DNA of 64,000 nucleotides, from contig CAWDOY010000003.1 of assembly GCA_963803975.1 (NCBI GenBank), positions 224,001 through 288,000 on the forward strand. The letters are read 5' to 3'. The stretch comes from an uncultured delta proteobacterium (lineage in GTDB: Bacteria; Desulfobacterota; WTBG01; CAIYCZ01). Below are positions 50,048 through 59,599 of this stretch, one piece after another; the stretch's first letter is position 1; each line of letters opens with the position of its first letter. The position numbers and the translations under genes were made by a program. The notes beneath the pieces were generated by a model. That model saw nothing but the letters and a program-made list of their open reading frames with translations. It did no database searches and was not told the DNA's origin.

Positions 50048-51261
50048 AAAAAGTCTTAGCCATGGTGCTGGCCGGTGGCAGAGGCGAGCGCCTTTACCCG
50101 CTGACACGCGATCGGGCAAAACCTGCAGTGCCGTTTGCCGCGCTATACCGGATCATTGACTTCACGCTCAGCAACTGCGTAAATTCCGGGATACGCAGGA
50201 TCTATATTCTCACCCAGTATAAATCCCTTTCCCTTGACCGCCACATCCAGATGGGCTGGAACATCCTCAGCATGCGCATGGGTGAATTTATTAATGTCAT
50301 ACCGGCCCAGCAGCGCATCAACGAAAGCTGGTATCAGGGCACTGCCGATGCCATTTTCCAGAACATCTACACCCTGCAGCAGGAACGCCCGGACCTGGTG
50401 CTGGTGCTGTCAGGCGACCATGTATATAAAATGGATTACCGGGCTTTGATTGAGCAGCACCTTAAAAAAAAGGCTGACCTTACCTTTGCGACCATTGCAA
50501 TGGATAAAAAATACTGCAGGGAATTCGGCGTAGTGCAGATTGATAAGGATTCCCGGGTGATCGGTTTTCAGGAAAAGCCGGAAGTGCCCAACACCCTGCC
50601 GGATAACCCTGATGCAATCCTCATCAACCTGGGGGTCTATGTTTTTAGTACCGAGATACTGGTCAAGCGGCTTATTGATAATGCTAAGAATAAAGATACC
50701 GAACACGACTTCGGCAAAAATATTATCCCCCAGATGATAGCAAAAGACCGGGTGTTTGCCTTTCCCTTTATTGATACCAAAACCGGGCAGCCCGGCTACT
50801 GGAGAGACGTGGGCACCCTGGATGCCTATTGGGAGGCAAGCATGGACATGCTGACATCCCATCCCAGCGTTGATATTTATGATGCTGACTGGCCGATACT
50901 TACTGATGAGGAAATAAGCGCGCCGGCCAAAATCGAGGGGTTCAGGGAAAAGGACGGCATCATGTACGGAAGCGTATTCAATTCAATAATTTCGCAGGGA
51001 TGTATCGTACGCTCCGGACATGTGTCAGAGTCCATTCTCTCACCCAATGTGACGGTTGATGAATATGCCACAATAAAAAATGCCATACTGATGAATGATG
51101 TGCAGGTGGGAAAGAACTGTCGTATCAAGCGGACTATTGTTGATAAAGGCGTCCGCTTTCCGCAGGGAACAGAAGTCGGTTACCATCCTGAAAATGATAA
51201 AAAGAGGTTTACCGTAACCGATTCCGGTATTGTCGTCATTGGCAAGGGGGCTGCATTTTAG
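50044..51261 (+). CDS. glgC: Glucose-1-phosphate adenylyltransferase
   Basis: LAGGRGERLYPLT, RAKPAVPF, WYQGTADA, SGDHVYKMDY, DFGKNIIP, YWRDVGT. Confidence 0.96.
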   Translation: MKKVLAMVLAGGRGERLYPLTRDRAKPAVPFAALYRIIDFTLSNCVNSGIRRIYILTQYKSLSLDRHIQMGWNILSMRMGEFINVIPAQQRINESWYQGTADAIFQNIYTLQQERPDLVLVLSGDHVYKMDYRALIEQHLKKKADLTFATIAMDKKYCREFGVVQIDKDSRVIGFQEKPEVPNTLPDNPDAILINLGVYVFSTEILVKRLIDNAKNKDTEHDFGKNIIPQMIAKDRVFAFPFIDTKTGQPGYWRDVGTLDAYWEASMDMLTSHPSVDIYDADWPILTDEEISAPAKIEGFREKDGIMYGSVFNSIISQGCIVRSGHVSESILSPNVTVDEYATIKNAILMNDVQVGKNCRIKRTIVDKGVRFPQGTEVGYHPENDKKRFTVTDSGIVVIGKGAAF

Positions 51262-51280
51262 TGCAGCCCCGGCCCTGCCT

Positions 51281-52054
51281 TTAACTTCCTGCCAATTTCT
51301 TTTCTGCCATCTCAGCAAGCTTTATAAAAGGTTTAAACAGGTCAATAGGTATCGGGAAGATGGTGGTTGAATTCTTTTCCGCTGACACCTCGGTCAGGGT
51401 CTGCAGATACCGGAGCTGGAGCGCTATGGGCTTATCAGCGATTATATCAGCAGCCTGTCCCAGCTTTACCGCAGCCTGGAATTCACCTTCTGCATGAATG
51501 ACCTTGGCGCGCCGATCCCTCTCAGCTTCAGCCTGCTTTGCCATGGCCCGTTTCATTTCATCCGGGAGGTCAATGTGCTTTACTTCCACATTGGTGACCT
51601 TTATGCCCCAGGGGTCGGTTTGCTTATCAAGAATTTCCTGGAGGCGGATATTAATCTGCTCCCGATCTGCCAGAAGCTCATCCAGCTCTGCCTGGCCGCA
51701 TACACTGCGCAGCGTTGTCTGTGCAAGCTGTGATGTGGCATAGAGAAAGTTTTCCACCTCCACCACTGCTTTGTTGGGCTCCATAACACGGAAGTACAGA
51801 ACCGCGTTCACCTTGACTGAGACATTATCCCGGGTAATGACATCCTGCGACGGCACATCAAGCGTTACCAGCCTGAGGCTTATCTTCTGCAATTTATCAA
51901 TAATAGGGATGAGGATAATCAGGCCAGGCCCTTTGCTGCCGATGAGGCGCCCAAGTCTGAAGATAACCCCGCGCTCGTATTCATTCAGTATCCTGATGGC
52001 GCTGGCAAGAAACATTATCGCGAAAAGAATAAGTGCTGGCACAAATAGGCTCAT
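51281..52054 (-). CDS. Slipin/stomatin (SPFH) protein
   Basis: [44 protein letters not shown]. Confidence 0.94.
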   Translation of the reverse strand: MSLFVPALILFAIMFLASAIRILNEYERGVIFRLGRLIGSKGPGLIILIPIIDKLQKISLRLVTLDVPSQDVITRDNVSVKVNAVLYFRVMEPNKAVVEVENFLYATSQLAQTTLRSVCGQAELDELLADREQINIRLQEILDKQTDPWGIKVTNVEVKHIDLPDEMKRAMAKQAEAERDRRAKVIHAEGEFQAAVKLGQAADIIADKPIALQLRYLQTLTEVSAEKNSTTIFPIPIDLFKPFIKLAEMAEKKLAGS

Positions 52055-52134
52055 AGTATTTCCTCCTTTTTTTAAGATTGGTTTTGTTAAAACATACTCC
52101 TTTTTTTCATAAAACCTTTGACCGTACCTTGCGA

Positions 52135-53458
52135 TTATTCTTTGCTGACCTTTTCAACTTCGACCATCATATTTTTAACTTTGACAACCCGCACCTCGCT
52201 GCCTTTTTCAATCAAAACTGTGCTGTGCGCGTTCCAGTATTCACCGTGAACAAATATTTTTCCTTCCTGAAATATATCAGTGCAGGCTGTGCCCACCATA
52301 TTTACCAGCCCCTCATAGCCGGTAGCAGGCTGCCTGCGCTGGGCTTTTATCGTCAGCCCGACAATGGTGAGAAAAAAGGCTGAGGTCAGAATAATTGAAG
52401 GCACCATGACATTCCATGATATCCTTAAATACGGCACTGATGACTGAAAGAGCATCAGAGAGCCCAGGGTTAACGCAATGATGCCGCCTATTGAAAGCAC
52501 CCCGTAGCTGGCAATCTTTATCTCCGCAATAAACATGATAACCGCAAGCAGGATTAACAGAATCCCCGCATAATTTGCCGAAAGGGTCTGCATGGAATAG
52601 AAGGAAAGTATCAGAGATATGCCGCCGATAACGCCCGGCAGTATGACGCCCGGGTTTGACAGCTCAAAATAGAGCCCGGCCAGCCCGATGAGAAGCAGTA
52701 TATAGGCAATGTTCGGGTCGCTCACGGTATTGAGGATGAGGTCGCGGATACTCATCTTTTTAAAATGTATTTCCGCGGTTTGCACCTCAAGCTTGCGGTC
52801 TGCCTGCTGCTGTTTCGACCGTCCTGCCGTCAATAGTAGAGATGAGGGTTTTCAGGTCTGGCGCAATCAAGTCTATGACCTTGTTTTTCAAAGCCTCTTG
52901 TTCGCTCAGGGAAACACTCTCCCGGACGGCCTTGATTGCCCATTCCTTATTCCGGTTGCGCTTGATTGCGATGCCCTCAACATAAGCGGCAGCGTCGTTT
53001 ACTACTTTTTCAGCCATATCCTTGCCCATCTCCCCTGCCCCGATGCTCACCGGGTGGGCCGCGCCGATATTGGTGCTGGGCGCCATGGCTGCAATATGTG
53101 CGGCCAGGGTGATGATGGCTCCCGCAGATGCAGCACGGGCTCCGCTGGGGGCAACATAGACAATGACGGGAACCCGGGAGGCGAATATCTTCTTAATAAT
53201 CGAGCGCATTGACAGGTCAAGACCGCCGGGCGTGTCCATCTGCACTATGAGGCACTCAGCAGACCCGCTTTCAGCTTCGTCTATGCTTTTAATAAAATAT
53301 TCGGCAGTAACGGGATTAATCGGGCCGTCTATATCAATGACATCAATCTGTTTGCCGTAGGCGCACGGCAGCAGGAAAACAAGCGTAGCGCATATGCCTG
53401 TGAATGCACAGTGCCATCTGGTATATTTCATAGTTGAATAGCTGCGGTGGGTAATCAT
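52135..53458 (-). CDS. nfeD: NfeD membrane-bound serine protease (frameshift near 52795)
   Basis: [40 protein letters not shown]. Confidence 0.92.
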
Positions 53459-53605
53459 GTTAGTTGCTGCTTCAAATTATACTATTCTCTTATCATTTCC
53501 AACAGGTGCTTTCAACATAAACTTCCAATAAAAATCTTGACTTCTTTTCAATTGTAGAATAAATTGGCAGACGCTTAACAGCTGCGTATCGTAAACTTGT
53601 ATGGC

Positions 53606-53681
<76 letters not shown>

Positions 53682-53795
53682 TTTTTTTATTCCCGGCATC
53701 TGCGTTTCTATGCTCAAGCTTCCGGCTCCGCGCTATCGGCCGCTCAACTGACTGCGGCGCGCCAGGGAAAAGAGACTGAACAGGCAAATATACGC

Positions 53796-53827
53796 ACAAC
53801 CCCGCTTCACTGAAGCGGGGTTTGTTA
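53796..53827 (+). terminator. Strong hairpin between tRNA-Phe and purA
   Basis: AACCCCGCTTCA-C-TGAAGCGGGGTT followed by TGTT. Confidence 0.6.
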
Positions 53828-53870
53828 TGCAGATATTTTTACAGCACAGCAGAGGAAGAAAATACAGACC

Positions 53871-55163
53871 ATGTCCAATGTCGTGATAATCGGCGCCCAG
53901 TGGGGTGATGAAGGAAAAGGTAAAATTGTTGACATCCTGGCCCTCGATGCAGACATCATTGTCCGTTTCCAGGGCGGCCCTAATGCCGGCCACACCGTGG
54001 TGGTGGGCGATGAAAAAATAATTCTCCACCAGATTCCCTCAGGTATTCTCCACCAGGGAAAAACCTGCGTGATCGGCAATGGTGTGGTGCTTGATATCGA
54101 AACCCTTATGGCTGAGATGCAGGAAGTAAAGTCACGGGGGTATTTTCCGGACGACGCGGCGCTGCTTATCAGTGAAGAAACAAATCTTATCATGCCCTAT
54201 CACAAGCGCATCGATGTTGCCCGTGAATCTCTCAAGGGGAAAGACAAAATCGGCACCACCGGCAGAGGCATCGGCCCTGCCTATGAGGATAAAGCAGCGC
54301 GCCGCGGTATCAGGGTGGTGGATATTTTTGATGATGAGGCGCTGCGCTATAAAATAAAATCAAACCTTGAAGAGAAAAACTGGTATTTGCGTGAATACCT
54401 GAAAGAAACAACCTTCGATGCTGAAGAGATAATCAGTCTGATTACCGGGTATCGCTCAGGCATTAAACAGTATGTTGCCAACACCTCCCTGTTTCTGAGC
54501 AACGCTTTGAAACAGGGTAAAAAAGTCCTCTTTGAAGGTGCGCAGGGTTCAATGCTTGATGTTGATCATGGCACCTATCCCTTTGTTACCTCGTCAAATA
54601 CGGTTGCCGGTCAGGCAGCCATAGGCAGCGGCGTCGGGCCTAACTGTCTTGATACCATTATCGGCATCTCTAAGGCCTATACAACCAGGGTTGGCAGCGG
54701 CCCCTTCCCTACCGAGCTTAACGATGAGATGGGCAGTTATCTCCGTGAGCAGGGCGGTGAGTACGGTGCCACAACCGGCCGTCCGCGGCGCTGCGGCTGG
54801 TTTGATTCAGTGGTTGCCCGTCATTCCATACGGGTAAACGGCATGACCAGTTTTGCCCTGACCAAGCTTGATGTGCTGAGCGGACTGAAGACCATAAAGG
54901 TTTGCACGGGATACAGGTACAAAAATTCACTTGTAACTGAAATGCCGGCAAACTTTAATGTGCTGGAAAACTGTGAGCCGGTTTATGATGAAGTGCCCGG
55001 ATGGAGCGAGAATATCAGCACGATAAAAAAGGTGGCGGATTTACCGAAGGCAGCACAGGATTACATCAGGTACATAGAAAAACAGACTGAAATACCTGTG
55101 ACCATCCTTTCACTCGGTCATCGCCGCAATGAGGCAATAATACTGAAAAATCCGTTTCATTAA
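53871..55163 (+). CDS. purA: Adenylosuccinate synthetase
   Basis: QWGDEGKGK, GGPNAGHT, GTTGRGIGPAY, EGAQG, GATTGRPRRCGW. Confidence 0.99.
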   Translation: MSNVVIIGAQWGDEGKGKIVDILALDADIIVRFQGGPNAGHTVVVGDEKIILHQIPSGILHQGKTCVIGNGVVLDIETLMAEMQEVKSRGYFPDDAALLISEETNLIMPYHKRIDVARESLKGKDKIGTTGRGIGPAYEDKAARRGIRVVDIFDDEALRYKIKSNLEEKNWYLREYLKETTFDAEEIISLITGYRSGIKQYVANTSLFLSNALKQGKKVLFEGAQGSMLDVDHGTYPFVTSSNTVAGQAAIGSGVGPNCLDTIIGISKAYTTRVGSGPFPTELNDEMGSYLREQGGEYGATTGRPRRCGWFDSVVARHSIRVNGMTSFALTKLDVLSGLKTIKVCTGYRYKNSLVTEMPANFNVLENCEPVYDEVPGWSENISTIKKVADLPKAAQDYIRYIEKQTEIPVTILSLGHRRNEAIILKNPFH

Positions 55164-55249
55164 TCTCAGTATTTATCTCCCGCTGATAAATTACTGTTTG
55201 TAAATTAGTAAAACTTTTGCAATAATTAAAACTGACAATTAAATACAGT

Positions 55250-55325
<76 letters not shown>

Positions 55326-55335
55326 AATAACAAAG

Positions 55336-55379
55336 AAAAATAGACTATTTAGACGCTAACCTAAATAGTCTATTTTTTT
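55336..55379 (+). terminator. Terminator after tRNA-Lys
   Basis: TAGACTATTTAG-8nt-CTAAATAGTCTA plus T run. Confidence 0.75.
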
Positions 55380-55744
55380 ACTAAATCTCCTGCTACCGCC
55401 CTGCTACCGATTTTTAAAATAAAAAAGCCCTATAGTTTGTTCTATAGAGCTTTGAATTTTATGCTGAGGCTTTCTAAATTGCCCTGTATTGCGCCCTAAT
55501 CTCTACCCCCTACCCTTTTGCCCCTCTGAAAAAAGATATAGGCTAATTTTGTGAGCCCTTCTTGAGTATCCTACGAAGCTGTCTCTTTGTATTTAATATA
55601 CTCTAATTGATATAAATTCTTGCCAAGATTACAATTGTACATATCCAGCTTCAGTGAGAATAATATATACAAAATAATATATGAAGGGGAACCAATGATT
55701 CGAATAACTAAAGGGGTACAACTACATAATAAAGATTAAAACAG

Positions 55745-55781
55745 AACCTCCACCAGCAAGTAATTACTGTGGAGGTTTTTT
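55745..55781 (+). terminator. Terminator-like hairpin just upstream of LRR gene RBS
   Basis: AACCTCCAC...GTGGAGGTTTTTT about 12 nt before GAGGAGG. Confidence 0.55.
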
Positions 55782-55805
55782 AGTCTTTGCAACGAGGAGG
55801 GTAAA

Positions 55806-57080
55806 ATGAAAAGTAAAAAGTTCAAACTATCGGCAATAGTATTTTACTCAGTCATTATAGCGTTAGCCTTGGGTTTACCCAATATGGCTTTTGCCCTGCA
55901 ATCGGGAGATTTTACATATACGGAATCAGGCGGCACTATAACAATCACCGGATATACCGGTACTGGCGGAACTGTTGTAATCCCAGCTGCCATAGACGGC
56001 AAGCCGGTGGTAGGCATTGGGCTATTATGCGTTTTATTATATGCACGCGGTTTGACCAGCGTGACCATCCCCGACAGCGTTACGAGCATTGGGGAATATG
56101 CGTTTGCTGGTTGCACCGGTTTGACCAGCGTGACCATCGGAAACAGCGTTACGAGCATTGGGATTAGTGCGTTTCATGATTGCACCGGTTTGACCAGCGT
56201 GACCATCCCAAACAGCGTTACGAGCATTGGGTATTGTGCGTTTTATGGTTGCAACGGTTTGACCAGCGTGACCATCGGAAACAGCGTTACGAGCATTGGG
56301 ATTGTGCGTTTTATGGTTGCACCGGTTTGACCAGCGTGACCATCCCCGACAGCGTTACGAGCATTGGGATATGCGTTTTGACTGCAGCGGTTTGACCAGC
56401 GTGACCATCCCAAACAGCGTTACGAGCATTGGGGATTAGTGCGTTTGCTAGTTGCACCGGTTTGACCAGCGTGACCATCCCCAACAGCGTTACGAGCATT
56501 GGGGATGAGGCGTTTTATGGTTGCAGCGGTTTGACCAGCGTGACCATCCCCGACAGCGTTACGAGCATTGGGGCTAATGCGTTTTATGGTTGCAGCGGTT
56601 TGACCAGCGTGACCATCGGAAACAGCGTTACGAGCATTGGGTGGTTAGGCGTTTTATAATGCAACAGTTTGACCAGCGTGATCATTCCACAACAGCGTTA
56701 CGAGTATTGGGGATTGGCGTTTTACTGGTTGCACCAGTTTGACCAGCGCATATTTTTATGGAAATGCGCCTTCGATGGGGCGGGATGTTTTTTATGGCTG
56801 CGCAAGTAATTTTACCGTTTGCTATACTGCCGGAAGCACAGGGTTTACAACTCCTACGTGGTGCCAGTAAGCAGTATTTGCTATCCGGCAGCGGTGTGTG
56901 ACGACCAACCGCCATAACTCTTTCAACGTTTACTGCAAAGCCCAGTAATAGTGAAGTTACTCTTGCATGGTCAACAGAGTCTGAACTCGACAACGCTGGT
57001 TTCAACCTCTATCCGCTCAGAATCTGAGAATGGACAATATGACAAAATTAACGCTTCACTGATTACGGCACAAGGCTATT
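55806..57080 (+). CDS. Secreted BspA/LRR_5-type leucine-rich repeat protein; frame broken repeatedly in this sequence
   Basis: GAGGAGG RBS, signal peptide, N-cap [20 protein letters not shown], ~11 repeats CxGLTSVTI(P/G)(D/N)SVTSIGxxAFxx, C-cap AYFYGNAP, then a truncated [15 protein letters not shown] domain. Confidence 0.85.
56016..56748 (+). repeat. Tandem array of ~11 x 69-bp coding repeats
   Basis: Framework GGTTTGACCAGCGTGACCATC-N6-AGCGTTACGAGCATTGGG-N6-GCGTTT-N6-TGC-aNc. Confidence 0.97.
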
Positions 57081-57084
57081 TAAT

Positions 57085-58610
57085 TAATAAAAGACAACTC
57101 AGATGGCAGTGGTGGCGGGATTTACTGCGGGGGTTCCTCAACTCCCACAATCACCAACTGTACCATCTCGGAAAACTACACTAGTCGTTTCGGTGGCGGG
57201 TTTAACGGCTCTTCTTCCTCAACTCAAGTAATAAGAAACAGTATCCTTTGGGGCAATACTGCAGAATTTGGGGGGGCTGAAATTTATCCCGACAACTCTT
57301 CTGCCATTATTGTCACCTACTCTGATATTGAAGGGGAATGGACGGGAATTGGGAATATTAATGCTGACCCGCTATTTGTTGACTCTGCTAATGGTAATTA
57401 TCATTTACAAGCATTATCCCCCTGCATTGATTCGGGAACAAGCAGTGGCGCTCCTTCTACTGATATAGAAGGTGCCTCCAGACCGCGAGGTGCTGGATGT
57501 GATATGGGCGCCTATGAGGTGCAAGCACCATTATTGGTAGGCACCGGTAAGCCGTACAATACAATTCAGTCTGCCATTGATGCTGCGATAGATGGTGACA
57601 CGGTTTTGGTCTACGATGGCATTTATGTTGAGAATATCAATTTCCTCGGCAAAGCAATTACGGTCAAATCAGTAAACGGGGCAGTAAGTACTATAATAGA
57701 CGGTAACCAAAGCGGCAGCGTGGTGACCTTCAATAGTGGCGAGGGTTTAGGGTCGGTTATTGACGGATTTACCATCACCAATGGAAAAGGCTATACGAGT
57801 GGGGGTAATGGTGGCGGGATTTATTGTAACAATAGTTCGCCAACAATAACCAATTGCACCATATCATCGAATAGAGCTGCTGAAGGTGGAGGGATTGGTT
57901 GTCGATCCTCCTCTCCAAGGGTAACTTACTGCACTTTATCAAAAAACCGCAACGATATTACTTGTTGCGCAGGGGGCGCTTTTTACGGGGATGTAAACTC
58001 ATACCCCACCATAACCAACTGCACTTTAGAAGGGAATATGGCAGAATCTTATGGTAATGCGATTTATTCCTACAACCTTGACATGAGTAACTGCATCATA
58101 ATAAATAATGAACCTCTCGATGGTTCGCGTGGTTCAGGAATCTATTGCTTTTCATCACAAATAACAAATTGCCTCATATCTGGGAATTATGGGACTTCTA
58201 TTAGAGCTGTTAACTCGGAAATAAGCAACTGCATTATAACAGGCCCCAGGCAGCAATCTGGTTGGTTTAATATTCCGATATTCGGCGGGATTTCTTCTGC
58301 TAATTCGCATATAACCAACTGCACTATAACAGGCCACAGCGGTCTTGACAATGGCGGGATTTTTTGCAGCGACGAGCCTGACCTTCCTTCAACTACGATA
58401 ATTAATTGCGTCATATCCGGGAATCGGGCTGTGTCGTCAGCCGGATATAGTGGTGGGATTGTTTGCTTAAACTCATCGCCGATTATAATCAATAGCATAA
58501 TCTGGGGTAATACAGCCACCGATTTAAGTACCAAGGAGATTTACCTTTATGGCACTTCTACTGCCAATATCAGCTACTCAGATATTGACCAAGATGGGTT
58601 TGACTTTTAA
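57085..58610 (+). pseudogene. Right-handed parallel beta-helix surface protein, truncated at both ends
   Basis: GGGIYC/ITNCTIS repeats, GNINADPLF...SPCIDSG...DMGAYE module, then YNTIQSAIDAA..GDTVLVYDGIYVENINFLGK; no own start or signal; stop supplied by the att copy. Confidence 0.7.
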
Positions 58611-58649
58611 TCCGTAGGTCGTGGGTTCGACCCCCGCGCGGCTCACCAA
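58602..58649 (+). repeat. att site: exact copy of the tRNA-Lys 3' part
   Basis: GACTTTTAATCCGTAGGTCGTGGGTTCGACCCCCGCGCGGCTCACCAA identical to 55279-55326. Confidence 0.97.
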
Positions 58650-58656
58650 TAAAATC

Positions 58657-58692
58657 AAGCACTTAGCCAATTATCGGTTAAGTGCTTTTTTT
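58657..58692 (+). terminator. Terminator after the att copy
   Basis: AAGCACTTAGCC-7nt-GGTTAAGTGCTT plus T run. Confidence 0.7.
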
Positions 58693-58710
58693 GTCTCCGC
58701 AGCATCAGTT

Positions 58711-58860
58711 TCAACCCCCAATGTCACCACTTTTTTTAAATATTGCATTTTGCAGCTTCAAAGGAGCCTCAGAATTTACGTCTTTCATCAAATGCCCGTA
58801 AACATCCATGGTGATATTAATTGAGGCATGTCCCATTTGCCCCTGAATTAATTTCGGCTT
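58711..58860 (-). pseudogene. Tyrosine integrase C-terminal remnant
   Basis: Manual translation KPKLIQGQMGHASINITMDVYGHLMKD...* (box II His and catalytic Tyr); in-frame TAG immediately upstream. Confidence 0.85.
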
Positions 58861-58873
58861 CTAAATTCATGAA

Positions 58874-59389
58874 TTAATAAAACTCAATGTCCGAACCATC
58901 TTGTTTGGCAAAACCATGCCGTATAAGAATTGGTCCAACGTAACTTGCCAAAGCTGTTTGTGTTACATGCCCTTGCAGCCATGCACCAACACTGTTTTCC
59001 GGGGCCATATCTTTAGCTGTGCCTATGGGAACTCTTTTTCCCCTGAAGTGATTTATTAAATGCCTGTAATGGTCAACGCAGATGTTGTACGTATATTTAC
59101 CATCCTTACCGTAATAAATTTTTGTACCTTCTGTAAGAGGATTTCCCTCATATTTAAATTCGCTTTTGCCTTTCCACGTTCTTAATGTTGGCATTTTATT
59201 TTCCTCCTTATTAAAATCACTCTCGATTCTCGATAATAGTATTTTTGCCGTTTTGCTTGGCCTTCTTTCACCTCTTTCCCATTGCAGTATGGTAATTTTG
59301 GACACCCCTGCCATTTCTCCGAGTGCCTTCTGAATAAGACCATTGCTTATTCTAAAATCTTTTATCTGCTCTGAAGTCCATTCTTTCAT
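58874..59389 (-). CDS. XRE-type HTH domain fused in frame to a 106-aa unknown domain
   Basis: IKDFR...LIQKALGEMAGVSKITILQWERGERRPS HTH; internal AAGGAGG RBS before ATG at 59194. Confidence 0.75.
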   Translation of the reverse strand: MKEWTSEQIKDFRISNGLIQKALGEMAGVSKITILQWERGERRPSKTAKILLSRIESDFNKEENKMPTLRTWKGKSEFKYEGNPLTEGTKIYYGKDGKYTYNICVDHYRHLINHFRGKRVPIGTAKDMAPENSVGAWLQGHVTQTALASYVGPILIRHGFAKQDGSDIEFY

Positions 59390-59398
59390 AGTATTTTT

Positions 59399-59427
59399 AA
59401 AGTATAACATTGTTATATTGTTGTCAA
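59399..59427 (-). promoter_or_regulatory. Sigma70-like promoter with overlapping palindromic operator
   Basis: Minus strand TTGACA...TGT-TATACT; perfect IR TATAACA-T-TGTTATA at 59403-59417. Confidence 0.65.
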
Positions 59428-59559
59428 TATATATTTACTGCACACTTTTTTCATTATCGCAACCTTACCGCAGCATTACCTTTTTGTTATCATCATATCA
59501 TCTGCTTGCACCCGTGGCATAATGCTATATAATGTGATTCATATTAACCCCAGTTTTCA

Positions 59560-59599
59560 CCCTCGACGGTTCCCCCCTCCTCCGTCGGGGGTTTTTTTT
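59560..59599 (+). terminator. Intrinsic terminator with C-rich loop
   Basis: CCCTCGACGG-TTCCCCCCTCCT-CCGTCGGGGG plus T8. Confidence 0.7.

Noticed and set aside
53682..53870. Purine-related riboswitch upstream of purA
   Set aside because: No recognisable purine, ZTP or PRPP aptamer consensus by eye; only a hairpin. An Rfam scan would be decisive.
56016..56748. CRISPR array
   Set aside because: Period is 69 bp (23 codons), variable parts are only about 6 nt, it translates as LRR_5 repeats, and no cas genes are present.
58602..58649. Second tRNA-Lys gene
   Set aside because: Lacks the acceptor 5' strand and D arm; it is an att fragment.
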